This document shows positions 50,247 to 62,362 of a DNA stretch of 64,000 bases, piece after piece. Source of the DNA: Schmidtea polychroa (lineage: Eukaryota). The position numbers and the translations under genes are program-made. The stretch is taken from the NCBI GenBank assembly GCA_044892525.1, contig CM097885.1, forward strand, positions 496,001 through 560,000, given 5' to 3'. The first letter of the stretch is position 1, and every line of letters begins with the position of its first letter. Below the pieces are notes generated by a model. That model searched no databases, was not told where the DNA came from, and was given only the letters and a program-made list of their open reading frames with translations.

Positions 50247-51257
50247 TTAAAAAAATAAGACTTTATTCTTCTGAGCACCATCTGGCACCAATACTCGGAT
50301 ATCAAAAGAAACTCTTGTTGAGAGGATATCTTTATACAATTCTCTCAATGCTTTACGAACTTCATCAACATCAACCTTTTTTTCATAAAATATTAAATCT
50401 ATATATTGTACAAGTGAACTAGAAAAATGAATATTCTTACTTTTAACTTTATGTAGTCCATGTGAATGAGTATTAACATACCAATCTCCGTGTGGTAAAT
50501 CATAACTAGTCATTATAACATCACCCTTTTCAAGCTTACTATTATAATCACATTTCACAAACCATTTCATTCTTTCATTATCATCATCAAACAAAAAGAA
50601 ATAAGGATCAATAATTTTTACAACCATAAAAACACCCCATTCTTTACTGTTTGTTGTTATTAAACTTGGTTCTATAAAATGTTTATATGTATGGGGTAAT
50701 AATGTTTTATTCTGTTCTAATTCAGCAGCTCTTTTTCTAATACTATGTGTGGTGTTAATGTGTGTTCCATGAGACTCTAAATTTGAAATTCTTTTATTAA
50801 ATGATGTAATCATCTCATTTATTATTTTATATATTGTATTAAATTTAGTATTCATAATTTGTTTATCTTTAGAATTTAATATAGCAGTATTTAATTTTAC
50901 AACTTGTTCAGTTAACAGACTTTGTAACTTGTCAAATTTATCATTAAATCGTTGTTCGATATTATTAAGCTTTGATTCCATTGAATCAATGTTTGTTGTT
51001 AATGAACTTTCAATTCTTGTTGTTGTTAAATCAGTAAAATTTTTAACACCATCAACATATTTTTTATTAACTGCATCAGCTTCATCAGTTGGTAAAGATA
51101 AATCTTTTATCTTGTGTCCATTTAAATTTAAATCTCCTTTCATTGAATCACCTCTTTCATTAATATATTTATTTTCTGTTAAAGTTAATATTTCTTCTGT
51201 ATTAAACCCTGTTTTTATTGTTCTACCACCTCTATTACATGGAATATAAGAACTCAT
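50247..51257 (-). CDS. Putative virion fibre-like protein
   Basis: GDSMKGDLNLNGHKIKDL..PTDEADAVNKKYVD fibre-type repeat, coiled coil, unique C-terminal head; adjacent to penton. Confidence 0.65.
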   Translation of the reverse strand: MSSYIPCNRGGRTIKTGFNTEEILTLTENKYINERGDSMKGDLNLNGHKIKDLSLPTDEADAVNKKYVDGVKNFTDLTTTRIESSLTTNIDSMESKLNNIEQRFNDKFDKLQSLLTEQVVKLNTAILNSKDKQIMNTKFNTIYKIINEMITSFNKRISNLESHGTHINTTHSIRKRAAELEQNKTLLPHTYKHFIEPSLITTNSKEWGVFMVVKIIDPYFFLFDDDNERMKWFVKCDYNSKLEKGDVIMTSYDLPHGDWYVNTHSHGLHKVKSKNIHFSSSLVQYIDLIFYEKKVDVDEVRKALRELYKDILSTRVSFDIRVLVPDGAQKNKVLFF

Positions 51258-51281
51258 TTATTAATAATTTAAAATGAATCT

Positions 51282-52046
51282 TCAAACCTGTTTCAAATGT
51301 AAATACATTGAAATCTCTTCTCCATTAAAATCAATCAATTCTCCTTCTTGATTAAGAATTTTAAAATTAATATCCATTATATATTTTCTACATAAAGGTA
51401 AATAATTTGGAGGATTCATTCTTTCAACTATTTTATATCCCATAGGAACTGTGTTTGAGGGAAAGGAATATAAAACATTTGTTTGTTTACCATTATTATA
51501 AAAACCTGTTATACAATCGCAATGAATATTTATTGTGTTTGTATTTATTATTTTTATAATATTTTCTGATGTTATTATTTTATCTTCTTTTATTGTTATA
51601 TCCATAGGTTTAAATCCTAAAACTGTGTGAAAGAAACAATTATCTAAAAAACTAATTTTTAAATTCTTCAAAGTCATTACACATTTTGAAGTTGGTATAT
51701 CCATTTTAATTTTAATACCTTCATTTGTTTTTTTAGAAAGTATATCATTTAAATCTTTTATCTCATATGCCCCAGGTTCTATTGTTATAATTTCTGGTTT
51801 ATGCCCATCACGAGTTTGAATAGTAAATTTATTATTATCTTTAGTTATATTAAAAATAGTATTATAAGCACAAAACCATAATAGCCCCAATTCATAATTT
51901 AAATTTTGATCTAATTTAATTGAATCTTGAAAGTTTATAGTAAAGTCTGATTCTTTTGAATTTATAGATAAAGTTCTTGAATATTTATCTGACATTATGT
52001 TTACCATTTTTTTTAAATTATCTTCCGGAGGCTTGTGAAGCTCCAT
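51282..52046 (-). CDS. Minor capsid protein (penton, single jelly roll)
   Basis: DFTINF...YELGL...YNTIFNI...NNKF...PGAYEI.DLN...INIHCD.I.G.Y.NG...IDFNGE pattern typical of Polinton pentons. Confidence 0.85.
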   Translation of the reverse strand: MELHKPPEDNLKKMVNIMSDKYSRTLSINSKESDFTINFQDSIKLDQNLNYELGLLWFCAYNTIFNITKDNNKFTIQTRDGHKPEIITIEPGAYEIKDLNDILSKKTNEGIKIKMDIPTSKCVMTLKNLKISFLDNCFFHTVLGFKPMDITIKEDKIITSENIIKIINTNTINIHCDCITGFYNNGKQTNVLYSFPSNTVPMGYKIVERMNPPNYLPLCRKYIMDINFKILNQEGELIDFNGEEISMYLHLKQV

Positions 52047-52094
52047 TTCTTTAGTAGTAAATTCATATAGTAAAAATCCTTATAGTAAAAATCC

Positions 52095-52559
52095 TTATAG
52101 TAGAGATTCTAGATCATTATAAATTTCTTGAATTATAGATTCAAAATCCTGCGTATGCCCCTTTCCCTCTTCCTTATTCAATCTATACAAAACATATAAA
52201 CTTAAAATACCACATATTTTAGTATTCAAAGGTTGAACTTGTAAAGAGTTAAAAGTATAACCATTTGGGGAATCAATCGGAGAACCCCTCAAGAGATAAT
52301 CTTCAACTTCTTTAGTAGGTTTAATCCCAAAAGAATCAAAGTAGATAGATTTCTTATATATACAAACCCAATGAGATCCTTTTTCATTTGAATTTTGATA
52401 ATTGATTATTATATTCAGGGGACTCTCCAGACTTGATAATTCATCATTCATTAATATTTTAATTTTTAAATTTAAATAATTTGCATAATCTTTTAAATCA
52501 AAATTTGTTTTTGCATTTATTCCAAATGTTTTTAAAAAATCTAATATTGAAGGAGTCAT
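52095..52559 (-). CDS. Adenain-like cysteine protease (capsid maturation)
   Basis: GSHWVC, YFDSFG, Q...ICG: His/Asp/Gln/Cys all intact. Confidence 0.92.
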   Translation of the reverse strand: MTPSILDFLKTFGINAKTNFDLKDYANYLNLKIKILMNDELSSLESPLNIIINYQNSNEKGSHWVCIYKKSIYFDSFGIKPTKEVEDYLLRGSPIDSPNGYTFNSLQVQPLNTKICGILSLYVLYRLNKEEGKGHTQDFESIIQEIYNDLESLL

Positions 52560-52581
52560 TTTGTATTTTAAAACTTCGTAT

Positions 52582-53320
52582 TTATAACTTCGTATACTTA
52601 TTAAATTTATCTTTTGAAATTATTCCTTGTTTTAACAAATCTTTAGAAATCTTTAAAATATCAGAATCTAAATTATTATGTCCTGCTTTCCTTGCAGCTA
52701 ATAGTTTTCTTAATTCAATAAAAAGATTGATGGGATTTGGTTTACCACCTTCACTAATTAATCCCTCTCCCTCTGTAACAACATAACCCTTTTCATTTTT
52801 ATTTAAATAATTCTTTAAATCTTGAATATATTTTGCTTTAGAACTAGCTCTTATTAATCTTATTAAATTTAAATATTTTTTAATTTCTTCAACATCATCT
52901 GAAGAATATCCACAAAGTAATCTATAAAAATCATCTGTAAATTCAAAGTCTAAATATTCATTATTATAAACATTTTGTGAATGAATACGTGATTTATTTT
53001 CTGAATTTGAATATAAAGTAAAGTTTTGTTTATTAATTGTTATTATTTGATATCCTTCAGTATTAGTATTAAATGTGGGTCTAATTGAAGGAGGTAAATC
53101 ATCTCTAATTTTAGGATCAACTTTAAGAGGTTTTGTTTTTAAAAACATTTCTTCTTCTTCCACATTAGAAATTCTTCTGCGTTTTCTTTGATTTCTTTCA
53201 GGATGGTTTTCACTGGATTCTTTTTCTTTATCCTGCCACTCTAGTTCTTTTATTTTTTGTTTTTTATCTTCTAACTCTTTAAATTTTGCTTGCTCATTGA
53301 AATCTTCCAAATCTTCCAAA
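52582..53320 (-). CDS. Conserved Polinton hypothetical protein, 5'-truncated
   Basis: C-terminal GEGL...NPINLFIELRKLLAARKAGHNN...LLKQGII pattern. The track start (TTG at 53328) lies in the duplication junction. Confidence 0.7.
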
Positions 53321-56300
53321 TTTTTCAATTCTTAATTACTGACTATTATTCCAACTTTTTGTTAATAAATTTAAAAATCTTACTTTAATTTTCTTATTAC
53401 TTTAATTAAAAAATTTGAAACTTAATTTACTTATTTCAGCCCATTGATTACCAAATATATCTATTAATTTACTTTAATTCAAAAATCTTAGCCCATAATT
53501 TACTATATTTCAATTTTTAGACCCTTAATTTACTGTAATTCAATTTTTGAACCATCATTTACTTTAATTTTAAATTTAAGAACCATAATTTACTTTAGTT
53601 TAAAAATTTGAACCTTTATTAACTAATAAAAGTTAAATTATCATTTTCAATTAATATTTTACAAACATAAAATTACAATATTTGAAATTCTAAATATCTC
53701 TATTAACATGTTTGCAATTAATTTTAAAAATACAAAAATTTTACAAAATTTTCAAATTGAATATTATATATTTTTTTAATTTGCATTTGATAATGTTTAT
53801 TCTTAATAAGATTTTCCCATGAGAAAATTCATATTTGTTTAAATGCAAAACTTTAAATTTAATTCTATAAAAAAAAATTATTTTTCAAGACGTCTAAAAG
53901 CTCTAGGACAAGAAGAAAATACAGTTTAGAAAGGTAGTGAATGAATTTCCTAATGAATTACAGAAGGGTATAGGACAAAGTTCCAGTTCTCTATTCTCAA
54001 TTTATCATCAATCAGCAGCAACATTGACAAAGTTTATCTTAAACAAGCTGCAAATTTATATATAAAATTACATAAAAATTGTTGATAAATTGTTAAAGTT
54101 TTAATAATATATTTCGAATAATAAAAATTTCCCTTGATAAAATTCTGAATATGAAATAAATATTAAAAATTATATTAAAATTTAAAACTGTAAAAATTTT
54201 AAATTTTATTTATAAATTTCATTTTTAAATTGTTTTATTAATCAATTTATTAGAAAATAATCTTAATGAAGCATTTTAAGTATTATTTTAGTTTTAACTA
54301 ATTTTTCTAAATTTTATTTAAATTTATTTTTGTAGTCGTTTATGATATGGAGGCCTTTAAGCAGTTAGTCTTAGTTAACGTAGCTCTCTTTGCTGGAAAT
54401 AATACAAATTACCTTTTACCTTGACTGCATTGATGGAGGTGCTACTCGTCATGAACCTACCTCATGCAGTTATCCATTTGTATGCCGAATGTCCTTTACC
54501 GTCAAACTTCCTGTGGCTTCGTCATAATCGTTCTTATTGGTCTAACAATGTACCGCACTACGTCGATCCCTCTTATAAGGTTTCTGAATTTCAACATTTT
54601 GCTCTTATCATAGCCCATTTTTGACTGCTTTGGTGACAACATTAGAGTGCCTTCTTTTATTTTTTACCTTTTTAGGATCTGACCTTCACAGTGGATACAT
54701 AAAGATTTTCAGCAAAAGCCTCAGCGATATGTCCTTGTAATTTCATTTATTTCCATTTTCAGCGTAGATTAGACTAGTAATGTCGTGTAATTCTGAACAC
54801 TTCTCATGCTTTCTTTCTTTATTTTCAATTTCTAGTTTATTATTTACATCCATCATTTTTATTTTTATTCAGATATTGCATTTATTATTTCTATGTAGAT
54901 AGTTTAATACCTAAATCGGTATTCCTTACTAAATCGAAAGGTTTAAGCGGTCCTTACACATGCATCATACTGATCCCAGTTGGTGTATAAAATAAACTGC
55001 ATTGATGAAGGTTCGAACCTTCATCGTTTTCTCTCTTGCAGTCAGTCATTTGTGTGGACCTTGTATTTCTTTGTCTTTTTTGCCAGATCCTCTATCTCAG
55101 TGGTAGATAATCCTTAGTATTGTGTATATTTACTTTACCAATTTACTTTTACCAACTGTGCTTTAACAGCTTCGTACTCGGCCAGTGAGCTTATCCTTTC
55201 ATCCCTGCACTCTTCAATTCGCCTATCACGCTTCGCAAATAGAACCTCTGCTACTTGTTTGAATTCTTTCTGTGCATTCGAACCCCAACGGCAACTACTT
55301 ACTCTTGCCGCTAGTATCTTTTTAAGTGTCCTAGTTAAAACTGAGCACGCTCTTCCTCTATTTTTGAAGGCTTTCTTAAATCGGCATCCAAGCTAGTTCG
55401 CTGGTCATGTTTTCGGTTATTGGGAGTCATTTCCCAATATTTTTGATTTCAAGCTTTGGCTGGGTGCTTTGTTTTGCCTGTGTTTTAATAGAATGGGAAT
55501 AGGTACCTTTTCTCGGAGAGATGCTTTTTCAGGAATGGTGATGTTGAAGTGATGGACTCCTTCTCCTGGTAGTATTCCTCACTATATCTGCTTATGTTTT
55601 TGATGTAGCTTCTTTTGCATTCATTCTGTTTTCGTCTAAGTACCTAATGATATAGATAAATATTGGAACTGGGGCATAATTTATTCATAATCCGAAGGCT
55701 TCAATGGTTATACGTCAGCTGCCTCCTGGCTTCTCTGATAAAGTTCTCTTTTTCTCCTTGGAATTGCCGCCTATTTCTGCGCAGTGCTAGGAATCTTATA
55801 TTGGAGTGATTCTCCGAAGCACTGGTAAACGGCGGGAGTTATATTGTAACGATTGTTTTTGGAATATTGCATGTAATATTTTTACGGAAAAGAGGTGCTA
55901 GGAAGTGATTCTCCTAAGCGCTGGGAAACGGCGGGAGTAATCTGGTAATAATTTGAGTTTCTGAATAACATTAAAGAAATATTTTCACGGTAAAAAAGGG
56001 GACCTCCATCCGGCATTGGATCATCCTCCTGCAGCAGAATTATCTTTTTCATTTTCCTTAACTTTTAATTTTTCTATTTCTTTAAGCTTTTTATAGAAAA
56101 CTTTATTATCCTTTTCTATATTTGAAAATTTTACATTATTAAAAGCGAAAATATCATTAATACCGCAATTTTGATTATTAATTACCGTTATTTTAGCTTT
56201 CGGATAATTTTGAAATAATAAATATGGCATTTTCATGCTTTTCCTTGTCATCGGGCGAGATTTTTTTCCAATCGGCCAGTGTGATTCCATCAAGTCCTGG

Positions 56301-59300
56301 AGCAGTGTTTTGGAGTACTGAGAAGATTTATTATTTAGGATCTTCGTTATCTCCCTTACTACAAGGGACTTGGGATGTAGACCAGTCGTCCACCGTAAAC
56401 ACTACTTTAACCACTGGAACAATCATGTGAGTCATATCAAATGTCTTAAGTGAATAAGGAAGTTTGGAATTAGAGTCGAACGAACGAACTATATAGTCGC
56501 GAAGTCCAGCTAAGTGCTCATTTATTTTTAATCCATTGGCGTCTCTTGTAGGAACAACGGTTTATTCCATTTTGCCAATTGTGACCTGACCGCTTCGTTC
56601 TCGGCCAATAAGCTTATCCTCTCATCCCTGCACTCATCAATACGTCTAAGCCTATCACGCTTCGCAAATAGTACCTCTGCCAACAGGGCTGGCACACCCA
56701 GCCCCCCATTTTTAATTTTACTATTTATAAATGATGAACAAGTATCGGTTGGCAGGTGTAACCATTTGCGAACCGCGCCTCTAGTCATTTTATCCAATAC
56801 CCCTAGTTCGGTGGTATCGGTTTCCCCCAGCATAGCCTCATGTAAGATACCTGGTATCAAAAAGTCACTAAGCACCTCTAACTTTTGTTGCGGCTTAATA
56901 GGTGCCCTCGTAATATACTCAAGACGTTTAGTATAAAGATTGGATAGCTTTTTAGTAGTGCGACCAAAGGCTCCAAATTGGATCCCCAAATACTTATAGT
57001 AGTAGTCAGCTGACAAGGCATGGAACTCTTCCCCATCAGCACTTACCTTTTCGTTAGTAACCATCCATTTTTTCTGCTTGCCGTCCCATCGCGCTATAAT
57101 GGAGGCACTCTTACTTGGATTAACACTAAGGCCATTAGAAGCCAATTCATTTAAAACCGTTGTTAACAGGTGTTCTAACCCCGCTTTGGTTTCACTAACT
57201 ATTACTAAGTCGTCGGCATACGCCAAAATGGGATAGGTTATTCCCCCCAACTTATAGCCAATACCAGTTTCAAATGCTTTCTGGATGGCGAGATCGATTA
57301 CATTGTTGAACAGCGTGGGTGAAAGCGGGTCGCCCTGTTTCACCCCCCTGTTAAACTTTGCCCCAATGCCATCGACCGTAGTTGTAGCATTGTTATAGCT
57401 CTCTTTAACCAACCTTAAAAGCAATTCGGGATAACCCGCTAGTTTCGCCGCTCTCATGATACTATCATGATTCACAGAATCGAAGGCCTTTTTCATATCG
57501 ACAAAGGCAATTGCTACATTCCTAAATTTAGTTCGCGCATCAGAAAGGATGCAATCCAGCAAAGTGGTGTTTTCAAGGCACCCATCCACTGGCTTAAACC
57601 CCTTCTGTGCATTCGAACCCCAGCGACAACTACTTACTCTTGCCTCCAAGATCTTATTAAGTGTCCTAGTTAACACTGAGTTAACGGAAATAGGCCTATA
57701 GTCCCCTGGACTTTTGGGGTTTTCAACTTTTGGGATTAATGAGGTTCGTGCTGTCTTTAATACTGGGGGTAAATGTCCTAGAGCTAATATAAGATTAAAC
57801 AACTTGAAGAGCGCAGCATGCGGTATAGTTATCAAGGCCTTCGCGCTAATGCCTTCAGGACCACTAGCCGTTTTCAATTTCATCTTTTGCACAGCAGCTG
57901 CGATCTCCTCTAATGAGATATGTGCAGCTACTGTGTGCAGCTCCATGCCCATCCCCTTCCTCTTGTCTTCTAACTCTTTAAACACTGCTTTATATTAAAA
58001 AAAAAAAAAAAAAAAAAAAATCAAATTTTATTTTAATCAATTGACGGCACTTGGCCAAGAAGGGGAGAACTTCTCACCCTTAGAGTTCTGTAGCTTTTAA
58101 TTCAATGACCGATGGATACCAGAGTTATAAACTCAGGTATCAGAACGTGGGTTTCCAAATGGGTTGGAGTAATTGGAGTATTTGGAGTAATAGGAGCAGT
58201 TGGAGTAATTGGAGCAGTTGGAGTAATTGTAGCAATTGGAGTAATTGTAGCAGTTGGAGCAATTGTAGCAGTTGGAGTAATTGGAGCAGTTGGAGTTGGA
58301 AATCGTCATTTATTTGGGAGAAAGATGGTGTCAGATTTATGGATTCTGCAATATTGGTAACATTATCGTGGTAGAGTTTTGGGAAGTCATCATCGTAGGA
58401 GTTTTCAGTAGTTTAAAGATTTGGTGCAAGTGTTCAGAATTTAGAGGTTTGGATTGGTCTTGATAGGTGGAGGTGATCGATATTGCAAGATTATTGATGT
58501 TGGTGTATATTTCACTGTTTGGATTGATTGTAGTAGTTGGCGTGAATGGAGCAGTTGGAGCAAATAGAGCGGTTGTAGTAAATGGAGCAGTTGGAGCAGT
58601 TGGAGTAAATGGAGCAGTTGGGGAGTTGGTTGAATTAGAGAGTTTAGATATTTATATAGTTGATTAATAATAGTTAATAATATAGATAATAACCATAAAA
58701 CACAAATAGAATAGGATAATGCTCTGAGTACATATTATATACGAAATATCTGGAATTCAAGATTGGTTTAATAAGAGACAAAGAAAATTGTAAAAGGGTG
58801 ATATATAATAACCATAGAATACAAATAAATAAAAGATGCTTTGGCTACAAAAAGATAGATATATAAGTATAATTAATTTTTATATATATGTTGACGATAT
58901 ATTTGGTAGCTGCTATTGATTGCAGCTACACATGCTATTTTGGCTAGCTCCTTTATTTCATTATTGGATAGGCCAATAATTTTAAGTATCGAGTCATTAT
59001 TTTTGTCCCATGAGCCAAGGGTGCCAACTACGAGGGCATGTAGAGTGTATGGGCATTTATGGAGTCTACCAATTTCCTCTCCTAGTTCCTTATATTTATT
59101 ATAGTTTTTTCTCCTAGAGTTGTCGTAGTTTTCTCTGTTACGCTTAGACTTTAGAAGAAGATCGGGCTTAAGGGTGGAGTTGGTACCTTCAGGTATTTTC
59201 TCTATGTCTACTTCATAGTTAACAGATATAAGGAAGTTTGCCACAGTTTCTAGGACATTATCATGCTTATTTCGTCTTGCATTAATACGTGCTTGGCAAT

Positions 59301-60120
59301 GATTGAAGATGTGTGCAGGTGTTTCCGGGTGGGCATGGCAGTGCCGGCAGAGTATAGATTTATTAGTCTTTAGGCGGTGTGGTGAGTAGTTCAGTTTTAG
59401 AAGGTTGTTGCGTGCGCGAATAAGAAAAAGGAATTGGGCATCAGGAAGGATGTCACTTTTAAAGAAATAGTCGGCAATGTTGCTTTCGCTAATTGCCTTT
59501 GCCATATAGCCCTGGCATTTCATCGCACACCAACGTTCAGCATGGATAAGGCCAATAATGGAGTGCAGTTCAGCTGACGTTCTATCCACATTACCCAGGG
59601 AGAAGTAATTGATACGACTCTTATATTTTATTTCAAGCTGTAGAAGATCCTCAAGCATTATGATTTTCGTAGATATACCGTATTTAAGAAGCAGACGTCA
59701 GGCCAATTTTTTAAATTTCGAGAAGATGGAGAATGTTGGGTAGGTTTTAGAGAGTTGGCCATTCAGCCAGGACAGTGCAACATTTAAATCTCCTTGTCCT
59801 CTAGCCTCGATAAGTTCGGCAGTAATGAGAGTCTTAAAGTTAAGATCGCTAGAATTTAATGCCCTAATAAGCTGTACAATGCTTTGAATAAGGTATTCTT
59901 CAATGGAAGATACAAGTCCAAGTCCTCCAAGCTTGCAAGCTGCATATAAGAAGTTGTCATTCAGTTGCATTATCTTATCTCCGATGGATCTTTTAATACC
60001 CTGTTTAATTTGCAGGTCAAATCCATATTGTTGTATTTCAGAGTTACGAAGGATGTTGCGGGGAGAGTCTAGAATGTTATGGTTTATAACACAGTTTCTA
60101 AAGGTAAAGTTCAAGCGAGA
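53318..60120. repeat. Partial unit U3 (copy of ~23492-30294)
   Basis: Offset ~29827. Shares the R2 deletion and the end junction with U1. Confidence 0.97.
56528..57992 (-). pseudogene. R2-like RT, U3 copy (485-aa open frame)
   Basis: Same motifs and internal deletion as U1, without the U1 frameshift. Confidence 0.93.
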
Positions 60121-60122
60121 GT
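58873..60122 (-). pseudogene. NeSL/Utopia-like 3' fragment, U3 copy with a premature stop at 59698-59700
   Basis: CGA>TGA relative to U1/U2. Confidence 0.9.
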
Positions 60123-62298
60123 TTACGCAAAAATTTGCAAATTATTATTATTTTACAAATTTTATTTACTAAAAAATAAAAATTTACTAAATTAAAAATA
60201 TTAACATTTACTTATTTAAAATTAAAAAACCAATCAATAAAAATGCATCCAATTATCAAGAAATTAATTAAATTTATCTTAGAACTAACTTAAAATTTTT
60301 AAATATTCATTCTGTCCACATGAAATTCATGAAAATGATAAAAATTCACAAAAACCATCAACTCTAAAAAAAAAATTACTAAGGAATACCTTAAACACAA
60401 ATATTTATCTAAATAATCTTTCAAATTAATTCATTAAAATTGAAGACAACACGCTCTATTTCGTCATTACATTCAATTAAAATTAAATAAATCAAGATAA
60501 GAACTTTGATAAAAAATATTATTCTAAAATGGTAAGAATTAACACTGTAGTGTTAAATGAAAAGGTAATTATTCTTTAAATCTAATTATAATTATAATCA
60601 TAATTTTCTTTAATTTAACCGTTTATTTACTTAATTTAGTCCTTGTTTACCGAATATAGAAGTTTAAAATATAGACCATTGATTACTTTAATTTAAAAAT
60701 GTATCCCTTAATTTAAATAATTTCCATCTAAAATTATTTCAAAAAAATTTTTTTTCTAAAATTGTCATTGAAAAATATTTCATAAAAATTTTCATTAAAA
60801 ATTATCTTAAAAATTATTCCATAAAAATTTCCATCTAAAATTACTTAAAAAATTATTTCATAAAAATTTTCATTAAAAAATTTCAATTCTCAAACACCTT
60901 CTATTATTTTGTTAATAAATTTAAAATCTTACTTTAATTTGCTTATTACATTACTTATTTAAAAATTATTACTTTAATTTACTTATTTAAAATATTTGAC
61001 CATTGATTACTTAATTTAAAAATTAGGACCTTTATTAACTTTAATTTAATTTTTTAGAACCTTAATTTACTTTAATTTTAAATTTTGACCTTTAATTAAC
61101 TTTAATTCAAAATTTGGACCTTAATTTACTTTAATTGAAAATTTTAGACCTTAATTTACTTAATTGAAATTTTAGACCTTAATTTACTTAAGTTTAAAAA
61201 TATATACCATAATTTACTTTACTTTTAAATTTTAGACCATAATTTACTTAATTGAAAATTTTAGACCTAATTTAATTTAAATGAAAATTTTAGACCTTAA
61301 TTTACTTAATTGAAATTTTAGACCTTAATTTACTTAAGTTTAAAAATATATACCATAATTTACTGTAATTGAAAAATTCGAGCGACTAATTTATTGGTTA
61401 ACTTTGCAGTCATTTAAAGCAAAAATTAATTTATTCATCTAATGTTCGTTACAATAGTTAATAATATGAGAAAAATATGGTCATTATTCATTGATAATTT
61501 TAAATTCTTTATCATTTGGAGTAAATTTGTTTGAGGCAAAAATAATTAAAAGAGTCATAATAGAAATATGGTTATCATTTAACCAATTAATGGGCTTATT
61601 AGTTAGAAATATATATATTATAAAGTAACAATTATTTTCTAATTTAATTAGTAGATCATTAGACGTAATATATCTTTGCGAGAAATTTAAAATGTTTGAG
61701 TAACCAAAACATGGATATTTTGTGCGATAAATTTATGAATATTGGTTGATTTTGTTATTTTTAGTCATTTAAAATAATATTTAGCAAAGGTAATTTAGCA
61801 AAATATCCACCCGATAACAATATTCCTTCAATAGATTAACTGATATTCAACCTATTTAATTTCTGGAAATATAATTAAAATCATAAATTTCCTTCAATAA
61901 AGTTAAATCAAAAACGCAAGAGACGATCAAGCAAATCAAGAATTAAAAAATAAACACATTGCAGAAACAGAATTTATATAAAGTCAAACCCTGACTCCTC
62001 CAACAGATTCAAGTCTAAATAAAATTCAATCAAAAGCAATAACACTGGTAAGTAGGACTCCAACCCACTTTCAAGGTCATGAAATATGTCCAGATCAAAT
62101 ATAGGTCAATTGAATCATTTATTTTTAAATTAACATTTTCTTTATTTACTTCTTTTTAATTTTTTCTTTTTAATTATATTAATTAATTATTTTATTTTGT
62201 TTTATTTTAATTACTTACTTTAGTTAATTTTTAATTTATTACATTAATTAATTTCTTAGTTTATTAATATTTTATTTTAATTACTTACGCTATTTAAA

Positions 62299-62362
<64 letters not shown>

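Larger units (their letters stand above)
44231..53320. mobile_element. Polinton/Maverick (adintovirus-like) endogenous element, left portion
   Basis: Candidate terminus AGTAGT at 44231, then pPolB converging on a compact intronless minus-strand block containing penton and protease. Cut at ~53318 by the duplication junction. Confidence 0.92.

Noticed and set aside
53266..53283. 17-nt match TCTTCTAACTCTTTAAA (FKELED) between the Polinton ORF and the R2 5' end
   Set aside because: Short and AT-rich, with no flanking similarity and not at a breakpoint; probably chance.
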